NCBI GenBank assembly: GCA_003140935.1
Contig: PLLJ01000038.1
Coordinates: 6,858-70,857, forward strand
Length of the DNA stretch: 64,000 nt
Source: Candidatus Omnitrophota bacterium
GTDB taxonomy: Bacteria > Omnitrophota > Omnitrophia > Omnitrophales > Aquincolibacteriaceae
Direction: 5' to 3'
A program made the translations under genes and the position numbers. This document shows positions 8,540-17,553 of the stretch, piece by piece. Positions within the stretch are counted from its first letter, which is position 1. Each line of letters opens with the position of its first letter. Under the pieces are notes generated by a model. That model was given only the letters and a program-made list of their open reading frames with translations, made no database searches and was not told the DNA's origin.

Positions 8540-9700
8540 ATGGTTGACGATTCTATCTACATTCTCGGGGAACATTCGAACGAGCCCAATGGAGAATCTT
8601 CCAGGCAGGCCGGTCCCGCTTCCAAAAAACCGGAAGATGTGCTCGGCATCTTGAGAAGCGCCCTAGAACGCAACACCTCGGATATCCATTTTCAGGTGGG
8701 AAGCCAGCCGATCTTCAGGATCGACGGCATTCTGACCCCTTTTAAGCAGGCAAAACCCGTCACGAGCGATTTCATGGCCACCTGCACCGATGTATTCCTC
8801 AGCAAAGACCAAAAAGAGTATCTTTTTGAGAACCGCCAAGTGGATTGTTCCGTAACACTCCCGAATTTCACTCATCGGTTCCGCATTAATTTTTTCTATC
8901 AACGGAACCATTTGAGCGGTGTTTTTCGCGCCAATCCCATCCTTCCGCCCACCATGGAGCAACTCGGGCTTCCTCCCCTCATGGAAAAACTGGTCGCTTT
9001 GCCTCATGGGCTCGTGCTGATCACCGGAGCCACGGGCTGCGGCAAGACCACGACCCTGGCGGCGATGGTCCATCATATGAATAATAACAGGAATGCCCAC
9101 ATCATCACGATGTCCGATCCCATTGAATATATCCACAAGAACAAATGCTGCGTGATCAGCCAACGCGAGATCGGAGACGATGCGATCTCTTTTGCAAGCG
9201 CTCTTCGTGTGGCGCTTCGGGAAGACCCGAACGTGCTCGTCGTCGAAGAGATCCGCGACCTGGAAAGCATCTCGATGGCTTTGACCGCGGCCGAAACAGG
9301 TCACCTGGTCTTCGCGACGCTTCACACCAACGATGCCGTCCAAGCCATCGACCGCCTCATTGACGTCTTCCCTCCCAATCAGCAGTCCCAAATAAGGGTC
9401 CAGCTGGCCATGACGCTTCAGGCGGTCGTCTCGCAGGTCCTGCTCAAAAGAAAGGGGAGCGCCGGACGCGTGGCGATCTTTGAAACGATGCCGATCACGG
9501 TCCCGGTCCGTAATCTGATACGCGATAACCAAACCATTCAGATCTACAATGTTATGGCGATGAATCGCGCTCAGGGAATGATCTTGCGTAACGACGCCCT
9601 AAGGGAAGCTGTCCAGAAAGGTCTTATCACGCAGGAAGACGCTGATACGCATCTTCTGGATAACACGATAGTAAAGCACGATCATTGGCGTCGGCCCTAA
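8540..9700 (+). CDS. pilT: Type IV pilus retraction ATPase PilT family
   Basis: SDIH, RFRINFFYQR, Walker A GATGCGKT, ALREDP, AETGHLVFATLHT, VRNLIRD; SD AAGGAGG before ATG 8540. Confidence 0.9.
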   Translation: MVDDSIYILGEHSNEPNGESSRQAGPASKKPEDVLGILRSALERNTSDIHFQVGSQPIFRIDGILTPFKQAKPVTSDFMATCTDVFLSKDQKEYLFENRQVDCSVTLPNFTHRFRINFFYQRNHLSGVFRANPILPPTMEQLGLPPLMEKLVALPHGLVLITGATGCGKTTTLAAMVHHMNNNRNAHIITMSDPIEYIHKNKCCVISQREIGDDAISFASALRVALREDPNVLVVEEIRDLESISMALTAAETGHLVFATLHTNDAVQAIDRLIDVFPPNQQSQIRVQLAMTLQAVVSQVLLKRKGSAGRVAIFETMPITVPVRNLIRDNQTIQIYNVMAMNRAQGMILRNDALREAVQKGLITQEDADTHLLDNTIVKHDHWRRP

Positions 9701-9792
9701 AGCGATCGTTCCGGACCCCGGCAAGATACTGACCGAAGTCGCGCTTGGGTCTTTGAAAGTCCCGTGCTCCTGCCCGCCGGTCGGCCTATGCC

Positions 9793-10158
9793 TTATCCTT
9801 TTGCGTTCGATCCTTGAGGGTATGGGATCACCTCGTTCCGGAGCAAGGCATTTTCCTGGGCAAGATTCTTCACCTGGTCTGTCAGATTCGATATCTTGAT
9901 CGAGAGCTGAACCGCGATCATCATGAGAAAGATGATCGCCCCGATGAACAAAGTGGTCGTGGGGAGACCCGCGCCGATCAGACCGGTGAGGGCCACGAGC
10001 CATTCGTAGCGTATCACAAGAATGAACATCAAGAGGCTCGTTGCCAGCCAGAGGACGGAGTATTCCTCGCGGAGTTTTCGCCTCCTCACCAAATTCAGGG
10101 TATACACAAAAACGAAACAGCAGATCACTAAAGCGGATATTTTTTGGCTTTCAAGCAT
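9793..10158 (-). CDS. DUF2304-like small membrane protein
   Basis: Three hydrophobic segments, RRRKLREEYSVLW, C-terminal coiled coil ISNLTDQVKNLAQENALL; sits beside a DPM1-like GT2 as is typical for this family. Confidence 0.8.
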   Translation of the reverse strand: MLESQKISALVICCFVFVYTLNLVRRRKLREEYSVLWLATSLLMFILVIRYEWLVALTGLIGAGLPTTTLFIGAIIFLMMIAVQLSIKISNLTDQVKNLAQENALLRNEVIPYPQGSNAKG

Positions 10159-10209
10159 GGTTCCCCCGTTTCTTCATAGGTTGACACCGCCGCACGATCG
10201 CAGGGCATC

Positions 10210-10950
10210 TCATTTGTTTTTCCCCTTGGCCCTCATGAGCGTCACGCCAATGGACAGCAGCATCTTGAACATATAGTAGACCGGCTTCAACCCGCCGTGC
10301 ATGGATTTTCCATCGCGGTTCTCAACCATCCGGACCGGGACCTCGATCATGCGAAAACCCGCGCGATGGAGCGTGATCAGCATATCCGCGTCCGGATAGT
10401 CGACCGGAAAAATGTCCGTAGAAAAAAAACGTATGACGTCACGGTTGAACGCTTGATATCCCGAGGTCGTATCCGTGATGAACTTGCCCGTGACCAGAAA
10501 TACGATCCCGCGGAAAAGCGCCATGCCCATCCTGCGCGCGAACGGTGGCCGGTAGCTCTGCCCTAAAAAACGCGAGCCGATCGCAAAGTCGGCCGTTCCC
10601 GCGATCACCGGAGCTAAAAGCGCCGGGATGCAGGACGGGTCGTGCTGGCCGTCGGCATCGAGTTGAACAAGATAGTCGTAATGGTGGGCAAGAGCGTACT
10701 TGTAACCGGTTTGGATCGCAACGCCGTATCCCATGTTAAACGGGTGCGTTACGACGATAGCGCCGGACATGCGGGAGACGTTTGAAGTGTCGTCCTTGGA
10801 GCCGTCATTGACGACAAGAACGGGCATTTCAGGCGCGGCACGCCTGATACTCTCCATAAGCCCTTGGATCCGCACAGCCTCATTGTAGGCCGGGATAAGC
10901 ACCAGTGAACGCGGACTCTTTGTGCCGTTCATCGCCTGATCCTTTCTCAT
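10210..10950 (-). CDS. GT2 glycosyltransferase (DPM1-like, polyprenol-phosphate sugar synthase type)
   Basis: IPAYNEA, VNDGSKD, DADGQHDP, GSRF, DTTSGY. Confidence 0.92.
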   Translation of the reverse strand: MRKDQAMNGTKSPRSLVLIPAYNEAVRIQGLMESIRRAAPEMPVLVVNDGSKDDTSNVSRMSGAIVVTHPFNMGYGVAIQTGYKYALAHHYDYLVQLDADGQHDPSCIPALLAPVIAGTADFAIGSRFLGQSYRPPFARRMGMALFRGIVFLVTGKFITDTTSGYQAFNRDVIRFFSTDIFPVDYPDADMLITLHRAGFRMIEVPVRMVENRDGKSMHGGLKPVYYMFKMLLSIGVTLMRAKGKNK

Positions 10951-11025
10951 TATTTTTTTCCTGTGTGATGCACGTAAGGCATGAAAGCTAAAGCGTCCGG
11001 TGTTCCCGTCATGGGATGAAAAAAA

Positions 11026-11436
11026 TTATCCGCCCCGGGCACGAAAGAAGATCGCATGGATCAAACTCCACTTTCTACGGAGAAGCCCCCCGTCCAGGAT
11101 GCCTTGGGCCACATCGAACATCATATGCATGAGGCATCCGGCCGAGATCCAAAAGATGGCGCCGTGCATGAACAAGACGCCGGCGATATAGACCGCGATC
11201 ACCTCGACCGTATGCAAAACGCAAAGACAATAATAGTGGTCAGATTCTTTGGCTTCAAAAAAACGTATCGCCCGTCTGAACGATCTATCTTTGAATTTTA
11301 CGGCATACCATAAGTAATGGTCTACATCAATTAGCACGCTTCCGGCCAGCACTGAAATACCCGCCTGGGGCGATACGTACCAGCTTACCGCCGTCGCAGC
11401 CACAAGCCCGGTGAGAAGATGCTCTTTAAGGAACAT
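11026..11436 (-). CDS. Small membrane protein, putative metal-dependent hydrolase (YdjM-like)
   Basis: Hydrophobic protein with H..., IDVDH, LHT and HMMFD metal-ligand pattern. Confidence 0.6.
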   Translation of the reverse strand: MFLKEHLLTGLVAATAVSWYVSPQAGISVLAGSVLIDVDHYLWYAVKFKDRSFRRAIRFFEAKESDHYYCLCVLHTVEVIAVYIAGVLFMHGAIFWISAGCLMHMMFDVAQGILDGGLLRRKWSLIHAIFFRARGG

Positions 11437-11460
11437 CGAGTACTTTTCTCCATTTTATTT

Positions 11461-11499
11461 TCCGCCACAATCCTTCAGGCGGATCCGTCCTCTGGCGGA
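11461..11499 (-). repeat. ~39-bp REP-like double hairpin
   Basis: Reverse complement tccgccagaggacggatccgcctgaaggattgtggcgga matches copies at 58497-58535 and 62503-62540. Confidence 0.85.
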
Positions 11500-11553
11500 T
11501 AGAGGTTAACGGTGCTCGCACCGCATACCCCTGATTTTAAATGTCATGCGGTG

Positions 11554-12564
11554 CTAGGATCTCGCTTGACCGGTTCCGGAATTCCCCGGATAACCCATGA
11601 AAAAACCCCGCACAAGACCCGCCGCGTAAAAAATATGCGTTCCGATCAAGATAGGCCCTACACGCAGGCCTGAGGCGGGATCCTTAGGCAAAGCCAGAAA
11701 ATAACCGGACAGCAGGGTGAACGGAATGTAGAGCCACACGAGAAAAGCCGGCCGCCACAGGATGCCCAGCAGGCTTGCGATGAATAATCCGGGAAGAAAA
11801 AAAAGAGCGATCACGTACGCCGGAGAAAAGAGGGTCCGGTGCTTCCGCATGATCCTGGCCCGGCCGATCCCGTAATGATACATATTCATGCACCAGGACG
11901 AAAACGACCGCCTCGCAGCATGCTCCACGAGGATCCCCGGAACAAAATACAATCCGTATCCTTTTTGGTCCAGGCGATAATTCATATCCGCATCTTCGCA
12001 CATATTTTCCAAGAGTTCATCGAATCCCCCGGCCGACTCCAGGGCGGCGCGTGAGTAGAGGGCATTCAGGCACGCGATACTTGCCACCCGGCGCCGCTCT
12101 CCAAAGATCTTTCCCTGTACGGAACCGAGGCTGCCGAGGAATGAATCAAGCGCAATGCCGAGAGCGGTCTGGAACGGGGTTTCCCCGGAAGGGGCTTTGT
12201 TGCCGCCGCCTACGCCGGCTAAACGGGGATCGCTTTTTTGGATCTCTTCGAAGGATGCCGAAAGCATTCCAAGCCAGTTCGGCGGCACGATGCAGTCCGA
12301 ATCCGTGAAGGCGATGGAGGGATGGAGGGCCTCGCGAAGGGCCACATTCCGGTTCGAGGCAATGGTCCTCTTCGGATTTTCGACGAGACGGACACGGCCT
12401 GCGAACCCGCGGACGATCTTTTGGGTATCATCCGTGGAGCCTCCGTCGACCACCAGGACCTCGGTCCTGCCGCCATGGGGCACCATCTCCAGGATCGATC
12501 TCAGACAGGCGCCGATATGTTCCGCGGCGTTATAGGTCACAATGCAAACCGATATATCCATCAA
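11554..12564 (-). CDS. GT2 glycosyltransferase with C-terminal membrane helices
   Basis: VVDGGSTD, FTDSDC, GGFDE...EDADMNYR; three C-terminal hydrophobic helices. Confidence 0.92.
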   Translation of the reverse strand: MMDISVCIVTYNAAEHIGACLRSILEMVPHGGRTEVLVVDGGSTDDTQKIVRGFAGRVRLVENPKRTIASNRNVALREALHPSIAFTDSDCIVPPNWLGMLSASFEEIQKSDPRLAGVGGGNKAPSGETPFQTALGIALDSFLGSLGSVQGKIFGERRRVASIACLNALYSRAALESAGGFDELLENMCEDADMNYRLDQKGYGLYFVPGILVEHAARRSFSSWCMNMYHYGIGRARIMRKHRTLFSPAYVIALFFLPGLFIASLLGILWRPAFLVWLYIPFTLLSGYFLALPKDPASGLRVGPILIGTHIFYAAGLVRGFFMGYPGNSGTGQARS

Positions 12565-12580
12565 GTGGTTTCTCCCGCCA

Positions 12581-13984
12581 TTACTCTGGAAGGACTTTAC
12601 GCTTCAAGACCTTTGCGATCTGATCGAACAAGGTCTTACGGAACGCTCCATCACTAAGAGCAAGGGCCCCTATTCTTAATGCCGTTTTCCAAAGTTTGCG
12701 TTTCCACGCATCCCGGATACGCGCCACGGCTTTCATCAGGTCCTCCGCGGTAAGCGTCTCCAGATGTAACGGATATTTTCCGGGCCAGACATGATAATAA
12801 TTAAACTCCTCAGGCGACTTTGCCAACACCTTCTCCTTCAAAGACTCATACAGCGGCGTTCCCGGCAACGGCGTGGTAAGCGTCACGGTGAGAACATCCG
12901 GATGCAGGCGGTCCACCATGCGGACGGTCGCCTCGATCTCCTGCCGGTCTTCATCCGGTTGTCCCGGTTGATCGCTCGCGGTACCGATCATGACCGAGCC
13001 CGTGGTAAGAAGTCCTGCTTTTTGCGCGGAACGGAATCCTGCTTCAATTTGGGAAACGGTCAACCCTTTTCCCAGGATCCCCAGGATCCGGTCCGAGGCG
13101 CTTTCCATCCCCATGCTCAGGCCCACGAATCCGCTCCGGCGCAGGGTGCGGCAAAGTTCCTCGTCGATAAGATCGGGACGGGTGAAGCACCAATAGGGCA
13201 TTTTCAGTCGAGCTTTTCTCAATGCGGCGCATAGTTTGATCACCCATTCCCTGTCTTCCGTGAAGATCTCGTCATGGAAAAGAAGTATGTAATTTCCGGG
13301 AAAACGTTTGCGCAACTGCGTCAGCTCAAGCAGAACGCGCTCGATGCTAAGACGCCGCGTGGATTTTTTCGCATAGATCAGCGGCGGCTGATTGAACTTA
13401 TCCTCATAGTTCAGTCCCCGCGAAGCCATGAAAACGGCGTTGTGGGTCGCGTCGATATACCGCCTGTATTCCACCAAATCCCAATCAGGCGGCGGGAGTC
13501 TTTCAACGCCCACCCGGGACGCCGGCCTGGAGTCCGGATTTTCCACGGTGGCGATCCCCGGCCGGGCCAAGATCGTCTTTCGCCTGACCATGTCACGGAA
13601 CATATCGGGGACCACTTCCTCAGGCTCCCCGATCACGCAGGCGTCAAATCCCATTTCCAACAATAACCGGGAAGGCTCCGTCGAGGCCTGGGGACCGAAC
13701 GCGATCGCCTGGAGCGAGGGACATTGGGACCGGAGCCGCCTGATCGCCTCCTGAGTTTCATTGCTGAACCGGATCTGCGTGTTGACGAGAACGATATCGG
13801 GTTTTTGGGAAAGCGCAAAATCCCATCGGCGCCAGTCGTCCTGCTTTTCCCACACATGGTCCACCAGAGAACACGTGTACCCCGCTTGTTTGAGGACAGC
13901 GCCCAAATACATAATGCCCATCGGCGCATCGAGGCCTTCCGGACGGTGCGAGCCGAAAGGCGGGTTCAGGAAAAGGATCTTCAA
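12581..13984 (-). CDS. B12-binding radical SAM-fold protein lacking the CxxxCxxC motif
   Basis: LFLNPP..PMGIMYLGA B12 domain, GEPE, DEIFT, GMESAS, PLPGTPLY; SRGLNYEDKFN in place of SRGCxxxCxxC. TTG start overlaps the upstream stop (TTGA). Confidence 0.88.
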   Translation of the reverse strand: MKILFLNPPFGSHRPEGLDAPMGIMYLGAVLKQAGYTCSLVDHVWEKQDDWRRWDFALSQKPDIVLVNTQIRFSNETQEAIRRLRSQCPSLQAIAFGPQASTEPSRLLLEMGFDACVIGEPEEVVPDMFRDMVRRKTILARPGIATVENPDSRPASRVGVERLPPPDWDLVEYRRYIDATHNAVFMASRGLNYEDKFNQPPLIYAKKSTRRLSIERVLLELTQLRKRFPGNYILLFHDEIFTEDREWVIKLCAALRKARLKMPYWCFTRPDLIDEELCRTLRRSGFVGLSMGMESASDRILGILGKGLTVSQIEAGFRSAQKAGLLTTGSVMIGTASDQPGQPDEDRQEIEATVRMVDRLHPDVLTVTLTTPLPGTPLYESLKEKVLAKSPEEFNYYHVWPGKYPLHLETLTAEDLMKAVARIRDAWKRKLWKTALRIGALALSDGAFRKTLFDQIAKVLKRKVLPE

Positions 13985-15042
13985 AGAAAGGCCCTCCACC
14001 ATTGGCCGGGATTTAAAAGAAAATTCCGCGTCTGGAAATTGCTGTGCGTGCAGGCGCCGGCGGAACAAAGCCCCGTTTGCCTGGTTTTGCGCACGGCGGT
14101 GCTGTTCCAGAAAGCGGCAAAATCACCGTGCCATTTAAGAAGGTTGCCGATCACGGGGGTCATTTCGCACAAGCGTACGTCGCCGTTGGGTTCGATCACG
14201 GCGAATCCGTCGCCGATCTGACAAGGACGGGCCACCGCTCCGGTGCGTAAAAACTTGAGGAAGGAACGGTTGAGGTGCCGGTGCGCCCGGGCGGCAAGAC
14301 GGGCGGACACCCCCGGATAATGGCCGCCGGCCGCGTAATAACGTTGGGCATAATAATCCACCAGATCCAGGACCTTCTCCACCTCGTCAGGAGGCGGAAG
14401 TTCCAGGCTCTTGTCGGGAAAATCCCCCCTCAAGAGTCCCACATCGTGAAAATCAACGCCCAGTCCCTGGACATGCCGCAACAGTTCCGGGATCTCCCCC
14501 GCATTGTAATTGTTCAGAACGGTGCACACGTTCAAAGCCAACCGGGGATGCTTCGAACGGATCTGTTTGAGTGCTTCGAGTGCCGCCATCATCTTTTGAT
14601 AATTGCCGGGAACACCCCGGAGAAAGTCGTGTGTTTTCTCCGATCCGTCCAAAGACAAAACGATATTGAGCTGCGCCTCCGGACAAAGGTCAAGGATCCG
14701 GCGGGTGCTCTCCAAAAGGTCCTCCCCCGCGAGGCCGTTCGTGGGAATACCGATCTTGCGAACGCCGGAATGCCGGTAGAACTCCGCCACAAGTTCCGGC
14801 AGGTCTTTGCGCAAAAAAGGTTCGCCGCCCGAGAGATGCAGCCACAGAAGATGAGGCAACGAACGCGCGACCTCGGCATAAAAATCGAGCGGCAAGTCCG
14901 CGGACTCCGGACTTTCGATCTGTTCATGATAAAAACAAGTCCGGCACCGGGAGTTGCACCGGTAGGTGACGAAAACGATCATATAGAGCGGCAGGCGGCG
15001 CTCGCGCGAAGTCAGCTTCCACCGGAGGATATCGGTCAGCAT
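13981..15042 (-). CDS. Radical SAM protein with C-terminal Twitch/SPASM-like extension
   Basis: CNSRCRTC, SGGEPFL, SLDG...HD..RG, C-terminal CQIG...GDVRLCE...GNL...C. Start at ATG 15042. Confidence 0.9.
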   Translation of the reverse strand: MLTDILRWKLTSRERRLPLYMIVFVTYRCNSRCRTCFYHEQIESPESADLPLDFYAEVARSLPHLLWLHLSGGEPFLRKDLPELVAEFYRHSGVRKIGIPTNGLAGEDLLESTRRILDLCPEAQLNIVLSLDGSEKTHDFLRGVPGNYQKMMAALEALKQIRSKHPRLALNVCTVLNNYNAGEIPELLRHVQGLGVDFHDVGLLRGDFPDKSLELPPPDEVEKVLDLVDYYAQRYYAAGGHYPGVSARLAARAHRHLNRSFLKFLRTGAVARPCQIGDGFAVIEPNGDVRLCEMTPVIGNLLKWHGDFAAFWNSTAVRKTRQTGLCSAGACTHSNFQTRNFLLNPGQWWRAFL

Positions 15043-15989
15043 CGGGGATCCCCTTGCGTGCGCGACCCGGCATCCTTGCCGAAGAGCCGCTGATAATCTC
15101 CGCAACCCGCTACGGTGCCAAGATACTCCCAAGTCCGTCCCATCAAGTGGAGGGGGCTCAGCCAAAGCACGGAGAGATCGCGGGGAAGATTGCGCAGTAC
15201 GGTGAAGGCGGTCGCCAAAAGGGCATAACAGGGCCAGAGCAAAGCCAGCAGGACCCGGCTGTTCGGGAACATCCAGGAATAAGGCGGCAAGGGCTTGTGC
15301 TTGAGCACCGTCTGAATGGTCCACCGGCCGTAATTGAAGCGCTGACGGAGAAAAGCGCCCAAGGTGGTACGCGGATGATCGTGCATCACGACCGCCCCCG
15401 GTTCAAAAAAGTTCTCATATCCGCCGCGGTGGATCCGGAACGCCAGATCGGAATCCTCACTCCCCCGGAGGCGGGGATCAAAACCTCCCACCGCGTTGAA
15501 TACGGCCCTGAAGAGGGCCATGTTGGCGGTGGAACCGAAGAGCGTGGGACCGGCGGGAGCTTCCGGCCCGATGGAATGCGCCCAGGCCTGGTGATCCAAA
15601 CGTTGCCAAAGATTGCTTGAGGCCGGAAGAGCGATAGAACCGCTGACGACTCCCCGGCGTTCGTGCTCCTGAAGTCTCAGAACCAATTTTTCCAACCAGT
15701 CTTTTTGAGGGACACAATCGGCATCCGTGAAAGCCAGGATCTGGGCATCGGATCCGGCAATGCCCCTGTTACGGGCCGCGGCCCGGCCGCGATTTTCCTG
15801 CTCCAGTAATTTCACTTCCGGAAATTCCCTGGCCGCTTCCGAAGTGTTATCGGTGGACCCATCGTTGATCACCACCGGCATGACGGCTCCTTGATACGTC
15901 TGGATGCGAAGAGCCCCCAGACAGGCCCTGAGCGTACCCGCACCGTTCAAAACGGGTATGATGACATTCACCGCCGGATGCTTCATCAT
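15036..15989 (-). CDS. GT2 glycosyltransferase with C-terminal membrane helices
   Basis: IIPVLNG, INDGSTD, AARNRG, FTDADC, GGFD...EDSDL. Confidence 0.92.
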   Translation of the reverse strand: MMKHPAVNVIIPVLNGAGTLRACLGALRIQTYQGAVMPVVINDGSTDNTSEAAREFPEVKLLEQENRGRAAARNRGIAGSDAQILAFTDADCVPQKDWLEKLVLRLQEHERRGVVSGSIALPASSNLWQRLDHQAWAHSIGPEAPAGPTLFGSTANMALFRAVFNAVGGFDPRLRGSEDSDLAFRIHRGGYENFFEPGAVVMHDHPRTTLGAFLRQRFNYGRWTIQTVLKHKPLPPYSWMFPNSRVLLALLWPCYALLATAFTVLRNLPRDLSVLWLSPLHLMGRTWEYLGTVAGCGDYQRLFGKDAGSRTQGDPRC

Positions 15990-17539
15990 TTGCTGTTTTC
16001 TCCCGGTTGCAAAGAGGCCGGCCTCAAGGCGAATTGATTATACAATTTCTTCAATGCCAGCCGGCAAGTTTTCAAAGACCGGAAGGCCCGTAACAGTTTA
16101 CGCACGGCAGGCAGCCGGAAAAAAACTACGGGGTGCCAAAAGAGCAGAAGCCCGTACCATTGCCACATGGCTTTGTGCCGCCAACGGGCCAGATCCACCC
16201 CCGCGGGCATATCGATCATGGAAAACCGCATGGCACAGAGATAGTCTTCATATTGGGACGACCTCTGCCTGCGATCTTCCTGCTCCCGATAAGCGGGGTA
16301 AAGATCCGTTCCCGGATAAGGCGAACAGATAAAACAGAGCGGAAAGATCCCGGCGCGCGCCAACCGTCTTCCGAAGGTCAGGGTCCGGTCCAGTTCCTTC
16401 TCGGTTTCTCCCGGAAACCCCATCATCAGAAAGCAAGTCACCGAGAGACCCGCCTTGCGGATGATCGCTCCGGCGCGAAAAATGGATTCGAGATCCAGAC
16501 CCTTACGAATGACCTTGCTCAGGAATTCCTGGTCGCCGTGTTCGGCGGCCAAGGTGATCTCGTAACAACCGGCGCGTTTCATGGCATCGATCAAACGGGG
16601 CGTGATCCGGTCCGCCCGCAAACCATTGGGAGTGTTCCAGCGGATCTTGAGGCCTCGCCTGAGGATCTCCTCGCAGATGTTAAAAGCACGCTCTTCATCG
16701 TAAGTGAAATTGCTGTCCTCGATGGAAAAGGAACGGACCCCGTACTGACGGTAAAGAAATTCGATCTCGTCGACCACGCGGGTGGGAGACCGGCCGCGCC
16801 AGCGCCGTCCGTTCAGCCGGTGGGCGGCACAAAAGATACAATGAAAAGGGCATCCCCGGCTGGTGATGACCGGCACCGTCAGTTCGACTTTTTCCCCGCG
16901 CTGGATCACCGCCTTTTCCGCCATCCGGCGGTAAAGTGGAAGATCGAGAAGGTCGTAAGCGGGCATCGGCAGTGAGTCGATATCAAGTATCATCGCCGGC
17001 GGTCCGGAAGTACATATCATATTGTTTTCCTTCCAGTAGATCCCGGAGGGAACGTCAGGAGCTCCTTTGATCAGGTGTGAAAGAAGCGCGGTAAAAGTGT
17101 TCTCGCCTTCCCCGTGAATGACATAATCCACCGCGGGAATTGTGATACTCTCCTCGGGCGCGCAGGAAGGATGAACGCCGCCGAGCACGATCTTGGCATG
17201 GGGCAGGGCCTGCCGGGCCAGTGCCGCGCATTCTTGTGTGCCGCGGAAGATCCCGGTGAACATATTGCCGATGCCCACCACCCGGGCCCCGCTGGCGCGA
17301 AGTTTTTCCACGATGACTGGGTCTGAAAGACCTACGCGGTAAACACGGCGACCCGCGCGCGAAGTCCATTCCCGCTGTTCGTAACCCTCCGCCAAAACGT
17401 CCAGCATGGCAACCGAGTAACCGGACGCCCGGACCGCCGCAGCCACGGCCAACAGGCCGCCGGGCACCGGCAACCAAAGATCGTCCAAGTTGCCTTCGGC
17501 CATGTACCAGTGCGGGTTGACAAGGACAACATCAGGCAT
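15986..17539 (-). CDS. B12-binding domain radical SAM protein
   Basis: LVNP, GGVHPS, GEGE, TSRGCPFHCIFC, EDSNFT, PYPGTDLY. Confidence 0.93.
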   Translation of the reverse strand: MPDVVLVNPHWYMAEGNLDDLWLPVPGGLLAVAAAVRASGYSVAMLDVLAEGYEQREWTSRAGRRVYRVGLSDPVIVEKLRASGARVVGIGNMFTGIFRGTQECAALARQALPHAKIVLGGVHPSCAPEESITIPAVDYVIHGEGENTFTALLSHLIKGAPDVPSGIYWKENNMICTSGPPAMILDIDSLPMPAYDLLDLPLYRRMAEKAVIQRGEKVELTVPVITSRGCPFHCIFCAAHRLNGRRWRGRSPTRVVDEIEFLYRQYGVRSFSIEDSNFTYDEERAFNICEEILRRGLKIRWNTPNGLRADRITPRLIDAMKRAGCYEITLAAEHGDQEFLSKVIRKGLDLESIFRAGAIIRKAGLSVTCFLMMGFPGETEKELDRTLTFGRRLARAGIFPLCFICSPYPGTDLYPAYREQEDRRQRSSQYEDYLCAMRFSMIDMPAGVDLARWRHKAMWQWYGLLLFWHPVVFFRLPAVRKLLRAFRSLKTCRLALKKLYNQFALRPASLQPGENSK

Positions 17540-17553
17540 GGCGGATCACTCCG

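Noticed and set aside
15043-15324. Extra 94 codons on the 13981 radical SAM ORF
   Set aside because: Overlaps the upstream GT2 in another frame; ATG 15042 gives normal coupling.
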